A DNA stretch of 64,000 nt from assembly GCA_947258565.1 (NCBI GenBank), contig CAMYJB010000024.1, positions 7,553-71,552 of the forward strand. Reading direction: 5' to 3'. Origin of the DNA: an uncultured Woeseiaceae bacterium (lineage in GTDB: Bacteria > Pseudomonadota > Gammaproteobacteria > Steroidobacterales > Woeseiaceae). The position numbers were made by a program, and so were the translations under genes. The stretch's first letter is position 1; the number at the start of each line of letters is the position of its first letter. Under the pieces are notes generated by a model, which had not been told where the DNA came from, ran no database searches, and saw only the letters and a program-made list of their open reading frames with translations. This document shows, in pieces, positions 55,516-64,000 of this stretch.

Positions 55516-57390
55516 ATGCTCAGAAACGCGCTCGCTTTGACGAGCCTTCTCGTTGTATCGATCGGCTGCGGGCCGCGCGGCGAGGAACAGCTACCTGCCG
55601 AACCCAGGGCTGCGGCGGATGCCGGGATCGAAGAGTCGGCGGATTCGCGCTTCGACCGGGCGCTGGACGACATGACGCGCGCATTTTTCTTTCACCACCC
55701 CGAGCTCGCTACGAAGTTCGGAGTATCCGAACTGGCAGTGCCGCGGACCGCACATCGCCTCATGAGCCGCTCGATCCCGGGGGAAACCGGGCGCCGCGAG
55801 GAACTCGGTGCCGCACTCGACAGGATGCAGGCCATTGACCCCGAGGAGCTGACGGGCGGCCGGTCGCGGACTCATGCCATCGTCACGACCCTGATGTCGG
55901 GCGCGCTGGCGCCAGCCGAGGTGGCCGAGTACGGCACCACGATCGACGGCTTCGGCTTCTGGTACCTGCCGTACACGATCAACCAGTTGTCCGGTCCCAC
56001 GGTCGATATTCCGAATTTTCTGAACAACCAGCAGCCGGTGACTAACCGCGAGGAGGCCGAGGCGTACCTGGTCCGGCTCGCGGCCGTTCAGGGCGCATTG
56101 GACGGGGCGCTCGAAAATGTTCGTGCGGCGGTGGCGAAGGGCGCGATCCCGCCGGATTTCGTGGTCGACAAGTCGCTGGCGGTTGTCGAATCGTTTGTCG
56201 GCGCGCCCCCGGCACAGAACGTCATTTACACGTCTTTCCTCGAGCGGCTCGACGCGGCTGGCGTCGAGGGCGCGGCGGCCTATGCCGAGCGTGCGCAGGC
56301 GATCATCGCAGGGCAGGTTATCCCGGCGTACCGGCGCATAGGAGACTACCTTGCTGAGATTCGGCCGTCGGCGCCGCACGACGCCGGCATCTGGCGGCTG
56401 CCGGAGGGCGAGGCGCTGTATGCCGCGATGGTCCGGCACATGACGGATTCCGAGCGATCGCCGGAGGAAGTCCACCAGATCGGTCTCGACGAGGTCGAGC
56501 GCATCACGGGCGAGATGGATGCAATCCTGCGTAGCGAGGGCTATACAAAAGGCTCTGTTGGCGAGCGCATGCAGCAGCTGAACGTGGAGGAGCGTTTCGT
56601 CTACCCGAACACAACGGAAGGGAAGGCGGCGCTCATTGCCGATGCACGTGCGCAGATCGACGGGATCAGCGAGGTGCTGCCGCAGTGGTTCGCAACGGTG
56701 CCGAAGTACCCGGTGGAAGTGCGCCCGGTGCCCGAATTCAGCCAGGCCTCGGCGCCGACCGGTTACTACAACCAGCCGGCGAAAGACGGCTCGAGGCCCG
56801 GCATCTACTGGCTCAACGTGCGCGACACGGCGATGCATCCCCGATTTGCGCTGCCCACACTGACCTACCACGAGGCCATACCCGGTCATCACCTGCATTT
56901 CTCGACCGCGGTCGAACAGGACAGCCCGCCCCTGGTCACGGCAATGTGGTCCAACGCGGCGGGCGAAGGCTGGGCGCTCTATTCCGAACAACTTGCGGCC
57001 GAGATGGGCATGTACGAGGACGATCCCTACGGCGATCTCGGCCGTCTTCAGGCCGAGCTGCACCGCGCCGTGCGCCTGGTCGTCGATACCGGCATGCACG
57101 CGAAAAAGTGGAGCCGCGAGCAGGCCATCGAGTACATGATTGCCGTCGAAGGCGTTGAGGAGGGTACTGCCGTCAGCGAGGTGGAGCGCTATGCGGTGTG
57201 GCCGGGCCAGGCGCTGGGTTACAAGCTGGGCATGCTCAAGATCCTCGAGCTGCGCGAGGAGGCGCAGCAAGAGCTTGGCGACGCATTCGACATACGCGCG
57301 TTCAACGACACGGTCCTGCACGTCGCCTCTACACCGTTACCGTATATCGAGGCGACGGTCCGCGACTGGATCCGGCAGGCCGATATGTGA
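55516..57390 (+). CDS. DUF885-family lipoprotein (putative metallopeptidase-like)
   Basis: Lipobox LVVSIGC. Conserved YHEAIPGHHL and EGWALYSE, VDTGMH motifs typical of DUF885. Confidence 0.75.
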   Translation: MLRNALALTSLLVVSIGCGPRGEEQLPAEPRAAADAGIEESADSRFDRALDDMTRAFFFHHPELATKFGVSELAVPRTAHRLMSRSIPGETGRREELGAALDRMQAIDPEELTGGRSRTHAIVTTLMSGALAPAEVAEYGTTIDGFGFWYLPYTINQLSGPTVDIPNFLNNQQPVTNREEAEAYLVRLAAVQGALDGALENVRAAVAKGAIPPDFVVDKSLAVVESFVGAPPAQNVIYTSFLERLDAAGVEGAAAYAERAQAIIAGQVIPAYRRIGDYLAEIRPSAPHDAGIWRLPEGEALYAAMVRHMTDSERSPEEVHQIGLDEVERITGEMDAILRSEGYTKGSVGERMQQLNVEERFVYPNTTEGKAALIADARAQIDGISEVLPQWFATVPKYPVEVRPVPEFSQASAPTGYYNQPAKDGSRPGIYWLNVRDTAMHPRFALPTLTYHEAIPGHHLHFSTAVEQDSPPLVTAMWSNAAGEGWALYSEQLAAEMGMYEDDPYGDLGRLQAELHRAVRLVVDTGMHAKKWSREQAIEYMIAVEGVEEGTAVSEVERYAVWPGQALGYKLGMLKILELREEAQQELGDAFDIRAFNDTVLHVASTPLPYIEATVRDWIRQADM

Positions 57391-57491
57391 CCTGTGATCC
57401 ACGACGTCCTCACCGATATCGTTCTGCGCTGATTGCCGCCCGATAGTGCCGCGCATGTAATAAGCGGCCGGAAGCGCCGGTCTGCTTGTGC

Positions 57492-58046
57492 ATGCGCTCA
57501 CGACTGGTTGTATTCATCATAGGATGGCTTATCGCTGCCGCGGCCACGGCCGCCGAGCAGCGGGTGGCGCCCGACTGGACGCTAACGACGCCTGACGGAG
57601 AGCCGGTCACGCTAAGCGATATTTCCGCAAGGCGGCCGGTGATCCTGCTGTTCTGGGCTACCTGGTGTCCGTACTGCAAGGCTCTCATGCCGCACCTGCA
57701 AAGCATCGACCTCGAATACGGCGATGAAATCGAGATTCTCGCAATCCACTTCCGCGACGACAAAGGGGATCCCGTCGGGTTTGTCCGCGACGCCGGTTAC
57801 GACTTCACGTTGCTGACGGACGGCAACCACGTTGCAAAGCTGAACGGCGTCTGGAGCACGCCGGGTGTGCTGGTCGTCGACAGGTACCGGAACATACGCT
57901 TCGATCTTTACGCCGTACCCCGGCGTGAGCTCCCGAACAGTAATGAGGAACCGGACCACCGCAGCAAAGCCGCCTACCGGGCCCCGTACTGGGCCGCCGA
58001 GATTCGCAAGAGCCTCGATGCCGTGTTGGGCGAGACGCCACGTTGA
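57492..58046 (+). CDS. TlpA/ResA-type thiol-disulfide oxidoreductase (redoxin)
   Basis: Signal/anchor MRSRLVVFIIGWLIAAAATAA. Active site WATWCPYC. TTG 57486 is an alternative start. Confidence 0.8.
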   Translation: MRSRLVVFIIGWLIAAAATAAEQRVAPDWTLTTPDGEPVTLSDISARRPVILLFWATWCPYCKALMPHLQSIDLEYGDEIEILAIHFRDDKGDPVGFVRDAGYDFTLLTDGNHVAKLNGVWSTPGVLVVDRYRNIRFDLYAVPRRELPNSNEEPDHRSKAAYRAPYWAAEIRKSLDAVLGETPR

Positions 58047-58138
58047 CGCATGTCACAATTACCCGCGCGCCGCACGGCTTGTAACGGCCGGCGTTGCCAG
58101 GAAACGCCATCGGGATACCTGCGAGAGTTGTTGACTCG

Positions 58139-59068
58139 CTACTGTTGCGTTGACAAAGCCGCGGCGATCTCCGCCGCCAGGCGCGCATTGTTGACGACGA
58201 GTTCGATATTGGCATCGAGACTTCGGCCCTCGGTGCGTTCGGCGATTCTCGCGAGCAGGAAGGGCGTCGTGTCCTTGCCGGTGACGCCCAGCTCTTCCAT
58301 ATCCGCGATCGCGTCAGCGATAACGGCGTCTATTTCGCCGCTGTCCAGCGCGTGGGCGTCAGGAATCGGGTTCGCAATGACCATCCCTCCGGATAGCCCC
58401 ATATCCCGTTTTGCCTGCAGGGCGGCGGCGATATCGGCCGGCGTATCCGCCCTGTAGTCCACGCGGAAGCTGCTGGACGCGCTAAAAAACGCGGGCAGGT
58501 CGTCGGTGCAATAGCCTACGACCGGTACGCCCTTCGTCTCGAGGTATTCCAGCGTGCGGCCAATGTCGAGCACAGACTTGACGCCCGCGCACACGACGGC
58601 AACGTCGGTCCTCGCGAGTTCCTCGAGGTCTGCGGAAATGTCCATCGTCTCGTTAACGCCCCGATGGACACCGCCGATGCCCCCGGTTGCAAACACACGG
58701 ATGCCCGCCATCGCCGCGACGATCATCGATGCGGCCACCGTGGTTGCACCGTCTTCGCCACGACTTACGACGAACGGAATGTCACGGCGGCTCGTCTTGA
58801 TGATCGCCTGACCGCGTTCGCCGAAACGGCGGATTTCATCGGTGGTCAGCCCGGCCTTGAGTCGACCACCAAGGATGGCGATCGTCGCCGGAACTGCTCC
58901 GCTGTCCCGCACCGTGCGTTCGACGCGAAGCGCCATCTCGACATTCTCGGGATGGGGCATGCCGTGACTGATTATGGTCGACTCGAGCGCGACGACTGGC
59001 TCCCCATCTCGAAGCGCGCGTGAGACCTCCGGGGCTATGTCCAGGTATCGGTTTGCGGACAGGGGCAT
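58139..59068 (-). CDS. psuG: pseudouridine-5'-phosphate glycosidase
   Basis: VALESTIISHGMPHPEN ... TVAASMI ... FATGGIGGVHRG ... DISADL, typical of the IndA/PsuG family. Confidence 0.85.
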   Translation of the reverse strand: MPLSANRYLDIAPEVSRALRDGEPVVALESTIISHGMPHPENVEMALRVERTVRDSGAVPATIAILGGRLKAGLTTDEIRRFGERGQAIIKTSRRDIPFVVSRGEDGATTVAASMIVAAMAGIRVFATGGIGGVHRGVNETMDISADLEELARTDVAVVCAGVKSVLDIGRTLEYLETKGVPVVGYCTDDLPAFFSASSSFRVDYRADTPADIAAALQAKRDMGLSGGMVIANPIPDAHALDSGEIDAVIADAIADMEELGVTGKDTTPFLLARIAERTEGRSLDANIELVVNNARLAAEIAAALSTQQ

Positions 59069-59072
59069 TTCG

Positions 59073-60008
59073 CTAAAGTTTCAGCACCCGCTCGATCGCC
59101 GTCAACGAGAGCGCAGGGCTGCTGGGCGACCGGTCCGCGACAGTGACCTGCGCGGCAGCCCCGGCAAACTGCAAAGTGCCTTCCAGCGGCCAGTCCTGCA
59201 AACGCGCATAGATGAGCGCCGCAAGAAACGCGTCGCCGGCCCCGGTCGAACTCGTTACGTCGCCGCCGTCCTGCTCTAAGGTGACGTGGCCGCGATCTTT
59301 GCCGGTGCTGTAAAACAGCCCGTCATCGGCGCGTGTCAGGAACAAGCGCTGCACGCCCTGGGCGTGAAGCCAGTCCGCCATCCTGTCCAGGTCGGGCCCG
59401 GTCTTCGCCTCGAATCCCGTCAGCGCCTCCGCCTCCGCAGGGTTTGTCTTCAGCGTATGCAGGGTTCCGAGGTAGGGTTTCAGCCGCATCGCCTTGGCCG
59501 TGGATACCGTGTCGGCAAAGACGTCGTGCCGCGGAAACGTGTTGACGACCCAGGCCAACGCGTCATCCGGGAGATTGGCATCGACCACGAGCAATGACGA
59601 CTCGCCGATGGCGTTGCGCAGCGGCTCGAGCCGTGCCGCCGTCAACTGATCCATGATGTCCATGTCCGCGACCGCAACCTGCATATCGCCACATCGGTCC
59701 AGCACGGCAAGGTAGGTGGATGTGGGCGCAGATTCCAGTTCCTGCACGAAGCGCATGTCGATGCCGGCTTCACGCCCGTGAGTGAGCAGCATCTTGCCGT
59801 GCGGATCCTTGCCAACCGCCGTGACCAGCCGGCAATCGACACCGAGCCGGGAGAGGTTTTCGGCAATGTTGCGTGCGACGCCGCCGGGCGACACGTGCAC
59901 CGACCCCGGATTCGAATCCCGCAATCGCAGCGGCTGGTAGGCTGCGCCGTGAATATCGACGTTCGCACTACCTATGACGCATACACGTGGGGAAAGCCTG
60001 AAACTCAT
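59073..60008 (-). CDS. psuK: pseudouridine kinase (PfkB family)
   Basis: ATG 60008 (MSFRLSPRVCVIGSANVDI). GGVARNIAENL and C-terminal TGAGDAF PfkB motifs. Lies directly upstream of psuG. Confidence 0.75.
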   Translation of the reverse strand: MSFRLSPRVCVIGSANVDIHGAAYQPLRLRDSNPGSVHVSPGGVARNIAENLSRLGVDCRLVTAVGKDPHGKMLLTHGREAGIDMRFVQELESAPTSTYLAVLDRCGDMQVAVADMDIMDQLTAARLEPLRNAIGESSLLVVDANLPDDALAWVVNTFPRHDVFADTVSTAKAMRLKPYLGTLHTLKTNPAEAEALTGFEAKTGPDLDRMADWLHAQGVQRLFLTRADDGLFYSTGKDRGHVTLEQDGGDVTSSTGAGDAFLAALIYARLQDWPLEGTLQFAGAAAQVTVADRSPSSPALSLTAIERVLKL

Positions 60009-60091
60009 CCCGGCCATACCTGTCGTCTCGGGGCGCACAGCATAACCCAATCCGACTCGATCTGAAGTGCCGTCTTATTGCACTGCAGCAT

Positions 60092-60118
60092 AAAAAAGCC
60101 CCTGCAGGGCAGGGGCTT
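60092..60118 (-). terminator. rho-independent terminator after the 60141-60593 gene
   Basis: Minus strand reads AAGCCCCTGC-cct-GCAGGGGCTT-tttta. Confidence 0.75.
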
Positions 60119-60140
60119 GCTGCACGAATTTGATCAATGT

Positions 60141-60593
60141 TCAGTCTTTGAACTTGAGTTCACGCAAGGTGTATGTGCTGCCAATCGTTCGCAGCTCGCC
60201 GCGGTCGATATTGGCCTCACGCATATCGTCGGTTGAACCCAGGATTTGCGTACCGAGGTTCTCGAAGTATTCCACTCCGCGGTCGAATGCCGCCCAGTTC
60301 TTGAACGTAACGGTCAGGAAAAGATCGGGCTCGCCTTCGCGCGGGTTCACGTTGCTGTACATGCCATAACGGATGATGTCGCCATCTTCCATCTGCGCAT
60401 CGAGGAATTTCCGCCAGACGTTGCTGAGGTCGTTGATGTACGCGTTGAACATGCCGTCCTTGGTGTGTACTTCAGTCACCTGCAAGACATAGCCCTGCTC
60501 CCAGCCGCGCGAGTGGTCCTGAGCGAAAACCGAGGTGCTGCCAAGCGATGCGAATATGATCAGTGACAGGACTGCAATAAGCTTGTTTTTCAT
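60141..60593 (-). CDS. secreted hypothetical protein (~150 aa), visibly lower GC than neighbours
   Basis: ATG 60593. Signal peptide MKNKLIAVLSLIIFASLGSTSVFA. No family recognised. AT-rich upstream region. Confidence 0.6.
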   Translation of the reverse strand: MKNKLIAVLSLIIFASLGSTSVFAQDHSRGWEQGYVLQVTEVHTKDGMFNAYINDLSNVWRKFLDAQMEDGDIIRYGMYSNVNPREGEPDLFLTVTFKNWAAFDRGVEYFENLGTQILGSTDDMREANIDRGELRTIGSTYTLRELKFKD

Positions 60594-60724
60594 TAAGTTA
60601 ACCCTCTTTTCTCCAATAAGTATTATTAAGAAGTGCGGCCGCCCATTGTTGCTCGGGCGGCACGAGTATACGCAATTCAAATTGAATAGTTTCGAGTATT
60701 ACGATCTACCGGTCGGTCCGGTGC

Positions 60725-61186
60725 TCAGGCATTCTCGAGCAGGTTCTCGATGACGGATTCATCCTGGCCGACAACGTCCTTGTCGACGGATGCGTAAGGC
60801 TCCTCCCTGACCGCGGTCGCGAACTCCTGGCGCAGCAGGCCAAGGAATCGCGGCGCAGCAACCACCGCATAACCCCGGCAGGTGCCCTTGTGGGATTCCG
60901 CGGCAATCTTCTCGGCGATTTCTTTCGCAAAAGCTTTTGCAACCTGCTGCTGGGGAGCATCCCTGTCGCCCGCCATCGTGTGCCGGCCCTGGCCGTGGCT
61001 GTCGAAACTGCGGCCGCCGCGGTCGGAGATCAGTTCCCCGGTCTTCTTGCGGGCGGTCTCGTTGGTGAAGGTGCGCAGCTTGCGCAAGGGGCCCGTCATC
61101 GTATCGCGCGCGTAGATGATCGCGCGGTACTCATCCGCGACTACGACCAGGTAACGCTTATCATCGGCTGAAATGGGCGGTGTCAT
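60725..61186 (-). CDS. host-attachment-protein family (Host_attach domain) protein
   Basis: YLVVVADEYRAIIY ... ISDRGGRSFDSHGQGRHTM ... FAKEIAEKI resembles the Host_attach family. Motif-level call. Confidence 0.55.
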   Translation of the reverse strand: MTPPISADDKRYLVVVADEYRAIIYARDTMTGPLRKLRTFTNETARKKTGELISDRGGRSFDSHGQGRHTMAGDRDAPQQQVAKAFAKEIAEKIAAESHKGTCRGYAVVAAPRFLGLLRQEFATAVREEPYASVDKDVVGQDESVIENLLENA

Positions 61187-61322
61187 GGCGGCCTGCCAGC
61201 GTCATCTCGACATCTTCTTTATGTGCCAGGTTGCGTTCAATCGCAACGCGGGGATGTACGTATTGTGCCATCAGGCGCTGTCTTGCCAGTGTATGGGTGC
61301 GGAGGCTGCCCGGGAGATTCAA

Positions 61323-62714
61323 ATGGCGTTCGAGTTGCAGTTCTTTGGCGCAACGGAACGCGTAACCGGGTCGCTATACGTGCTGCGCGCCGGTCCGCAC
61401 ACGCTGTTGCTCGAATGCGGACTCGTGCAGGGTGGCCGGGAAGAGGAACTCCGCAATCGCGAAGCGTTCCCGGTCGACGTCGAGAAGATCGACGCCGTCG
61501 TCCTCAGCCACTCTCACATCGACCACTCCGGACGCATACCGCGTCTCGTAAAAGAGGGGTTCGAGGGGCCGATCTATACGCATGAAGCCAGCCGCGCCTT
61601 GTGTGCAATCATGCTGCCGGACTCCGGCTATCTGAACGAAAAGGAGGCCGAGTGGGAGAGCCGGAAACGGCAACAGAAGAACCTCTCGGCCATCGAGCCG
61701 CTCTACACCCAGGCGGATGCCGAAGCCTGTATAGGCCAGTTCGTGGGCCTGGAATATGAAACGCCACGAGAGATTCTGCCCGGACTGACTCTGACGCTTT
61801 ACGATGCGGGTCATATTCTCGGCGCATCCATGGTCGAGTTGACGTACACCGGGGACGCGCGAGCCCGCACGCTCGTTTTCAGCGGCGACCTCGGCTACCG
61901 TGACGCGCCACTGATGGACGCGTCCAAACGCCTGACCCGCGCCGACGCCGTGCTAATGGAGAGCACCTACGGCGATCGCCTGCACAGGCCCATCGGCGAA
62001 ACGATCGACGAATTGACCGAGGTCTTCGATTCGGCGCGGGCCGCACAGGGCAACGTGCTTATTCCCGCCTTCACGGTCGGGCGCACCCAGGATCTGCTGT
62101 ACCTGATGGCCGAGCACTTTGAGAGGTGGCGCCTCGACGACTGGACGATCTTCCTCGACAGCCCGATGGGCATCAAGGCAACCGACATCTACTCGCGTTA
62201 CCGCCACCTGTTCGCGGCAAAATTGTTCGAGCCGAGATCCGACAACCCGGAACTGCCCAATCTCTATGCAACCCGCACCGCCGAGGAATCGATGACGATC
62301 AACAAGATCGAGTCCGGCGCGATCATCATCGCGGGGAGCGGCATGTGCACGGGAGGCCGTATTCTCCACCACCTCAAGAACAATATATGGCGGCCGGAGT
62401 GCCACCTGGTGATCGTCGGTTACCAGGCGATCGGCACCCTCGGGCGACGGCTGGTGGACGGCGCAGAGGAAATACGGCTGTGGGGCGATACTTACCGCGT
62501 GCGGGCGACAATACATACGATCGGCGGGCTCTCGGCGCACGGTGACCAGGATGACCTCGTGGAGTGGTACGCGAGTTTTGCCGACAATCCACCGGTTTAT
62601 CTGGTGCACGGCGAGGAGCGTGGGCAGTTGCCCTTGCTGAAGCGATTACGCGATGAACTTGATGCACCCGCCGAGATCGCGCGTTACCAGCAGAAAATCG
62701 TGATCGGCGGGTGA
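61323..62714 (+). CDS. MBL-fold beta-CASP family hydrolase (RNA-metabolising type)
   Basis: ATG 61323 (MAFELQFFGATERVTGS). HSHIDHSGRIP (HxHxDH), DAGHILGAS, ESTYGDR, and a terminal GLSAHGDQDDL beta-CASP motif. Confidence 0.8.
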   Translation: MAFELQFFGATERVTGSLYVLRAGPHTLLLECGLVQGGREEELRNREAFPVDVEKIDAVVLSHSHIDHSGRIPRLVKEGFEGPIYTHEASRALCAIMLPDSGYLNEKEAEWESRKRQQKNLSAIEPLYTQADAEACIGQFVGLEYETPREILPGLTLTLYDAGHILGASMVELTYTGDARARTLVFSGDLGYRDAPLMDASKRLTRADAVLMESTYGDRLHRPIGETIDELTEVFDSARAAQGNVLIPAFTVGRTQDLLYLMAEHFERWRLDDWTIFLDSPMGIKATDIYSRYRHLFAAKLFEPRSDNPELPNLYATRTAEESMTINKIESGAIIIAGSGMCTGGRILHHLKNNIWRPECHLVIVGYQAIGTLGRRLVDGAEEIRLWGDTYRVRATIHTIGGLSAHGDQDDLVEWYASFADNPPVYLVHGEERGQLPLLKRLRDELDAPAEIARYQQKIVIGG

Positions 62715-62717
62715 GGT

Positions 62718-64000
62718 TCACGCCCTCACGTTCCTGAAGTCGGACCAGGCCGTAGCGAACTGTTGCCTGCAGGTATCGATGCGCTCCGCTTCCACCTGCA
62801 TGAGTCGGGCCGCGGTGTTCAGCCATTCACGGCCGCTGGCGTCATTCGGCAGGGACGCCGAATAGTCTGCAAGATGTGCCTGTGCGGTAACCGCATCCTG
62901 GTGCTCGCCCAGAACGTCCTGGATTCGCTTAACCGCCTCCGTCGTGTCACGCCACTTATCGGCCTGCACGGTGCTGAAGAAGTCGAGCAGGTAGCGAAAA
63001 CGCTTCGTCTCGATACGCAGCTTATGCAGCTGTCTTGCCGGAGAGTCGGCTTCGATCGCGTCACCATGCGCCAGGAGCTTGTTCAGTGCCGCATGGATGA
63101 GTTGATCGGCGCTGGCCGCGATGCTGAGCTTGCCGAATTGCTCTTGCATGTCGCCGGGTGGCCCGGCCGCAATGAATTGCGCCAGGTCGTCCTCGAGCAT
63201 CGCGCAGCGTTCACTTTCCAGCACATCGGCGAGGTGTTCGTAGGCAGTGATCGTCTGCTGCCTGAGGAAATGCACGTAGTGGTCTGTGTCACCTGCCTGG
63301 GATTCCCTGGCGCCCCGTTCGGTAACGTCCGCATCCCGCGCGCGGCCGAGGTTCTGCGCCAGCCAGCGCAGCTCGGCGTTGAAGTGGGCGACTACAGCGT
63401 CGCCAAGAACGTTGCGAAACGCCTTCAGGATCGTTCGCAATCGCCGGCTCGCGACGCGCATCTTGTGGACGCCTTCCGGATCGATACCTTCCAATGCGCG
63501 CGGGTGCTGTCGTCGGATAATCTGCGATTGCTCTGCAAAGTATTGGTACAGGAGCGTCAGCACCGGGTCATCTTCAACGAGAGTTGTTGCCTGTGGCTGC
63601 TCGAGTATCGAATCGATTTCCAGCCCGGCAGCCTGCAGTCCGCGTTCGAACTTGCTGTACTTCGCCGGCATCAGTCCGGCTTCGTCGCGCAGCAACGTCG
63701 AAATGGTGTCGAGGTCGGCCGTGTCGCCGGATACAAGCTCCAGCTCCAGTTCCGTGAAGTCGAGGATCCCCGTCGCCTTCTCGGTTCTCTTCTCCGCTTC
63801 AATGCGCGATCGATCCAGGTCGAGTTCGATTTGCACCGGTTCAGGGCCGGTCCCGGCAATCTCGTACACCGTTCTCTCGCTCGTAACGCGGAACAGCTCT
63901 GCGACCGGCATGTGGCCGACAATGCCAGCGAGCCCGTCACGCACATGTCCCAACGGCAGAGAGAACGAGAGCTCTGCGTCCTCATCCGGAATGGGCTGGC
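62718..64000 (-). CDS. CYTH + CHAD domain protein (5' end beyond window)
   Basis: CHAD helices VHKMRVASRRLRTILKAF ... LHKLRIETKRFRYLLDFF ... LGEHQD. The reading frame stays open upstream of TTG 63953 to the window edge (..PIPDEDAELSFSLPLGHV..), consistent with an N-terminal CYTH domain. Confidence 0.75.
   Translation of the reverse strand, partial: QPIPDEDAELSFSLPLGHVRDGLAGIVGHMPVAELFRVTSERTVYEIAGTGPEPVQIELDLDRSRIEAEKRTEKATGILDFTELELELVSGDTADLDTISTLLRDEAGLMPAKYSKFERGLQAAGLEIDSILEQPQATTLVEDDPVLTLLYQYFAEQSQIIRRQHPRALEGIDPEGVHKMRVASRRLRTILKAFRNVLGDAVVAHFNAELRWLAQNLGRARDADVTERGARESQAGDTDHYVHFLRQQTITAYEHLADVLESERCAMLEDDLAQFIAAGPPGDMQEQFGKLSIAASADQLIHAALNKLLAHGDAIEADSPARQLHKLRIETKRFRYLLDFFSTVQADKWRDTTEAVKRIQDVLGEHQDAVTAQAHLADYSASLPNDASGREWLNTAARLMQVEAERIDTCRQQFATAWSDFRNVRA

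Noticed and set aside
53874-57321. Two long minus-strand ORFs (53874-55673, 599 aa; 55591-57321, 576 aa).
   Set aside because: They are antisense to the CrtI-like oxidoreductase and DUF885 genes, both of which have clear family motifs. The antisense translations are Arg-rich and motif-free.

Overview
GC-rich bacterial chromosomal segment whose gene order looks gammaproteobacterial: ispB | rplU-rpmA-obg ... fimU-pilVWXY1E ... rpsT-murJ-ribF-lspA. I call about 60 protein genes, 2 tRNAs (Pro-CGG, Thr-CGU), no rRNA, no CRISPR array, and no transposase or integrase. All calls come from reading the supplied translations and the DNA by eye; no database search was run.

Content in order:
- 133-10893: one tightly coupled operon. 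It holds a BBOX-like 2OG dioxygenase, a PhnZ/TmpB-like HD oxygenase, dimethylglycine dehydrogenase, GFA and soxBDAG, followed by a GbdR/SouR-type regulator.
- 10887-13902: UspA, XRE regulator, MFS-CsaA, and a small unassigned ORF.
- 13921-18709: nadQ divergent from nadA-nadB (twin palindromic operators between them), then a stand-alone proline dehydrogenase.
- 18712-22211: tRNA-Pro with a duplicated 3' end, then ispB, rplU (long Lys/Ala tail), rpmA, obg.
- 22405-39886: two divergent, convergently oriented type IV minor-pilin/PilY1 modules bracketing rpsT-murJ-ribF-lspA.
- 40049-64000: Irr-like Fur regulator, tRNA-Thr, envelope and accessory genes (Ig/FN3 lipoprotein, YVTN propeller, DUF429, META, patatin), TonB receptor, YbdK and M20 amidohydrolase, an NrtR-like Nudix regulator, yegP, yceH, a CrtI-like oxidoreductase, DUF885, TlpA, psuGK, and a Host_attach / beta-CASP / CYTH-CHAD group cut by the window edge.

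The most interesting candidates are the phosphonate-oxygenase pair fused to the methylamine demethylation operon, and the doubled pilus-tip module. In that module the second copy has an intact-MIDAS PilY1, an embedded orphan secreted protein, and an internally deleted pilE. I found no convincing defence island or mobile element.
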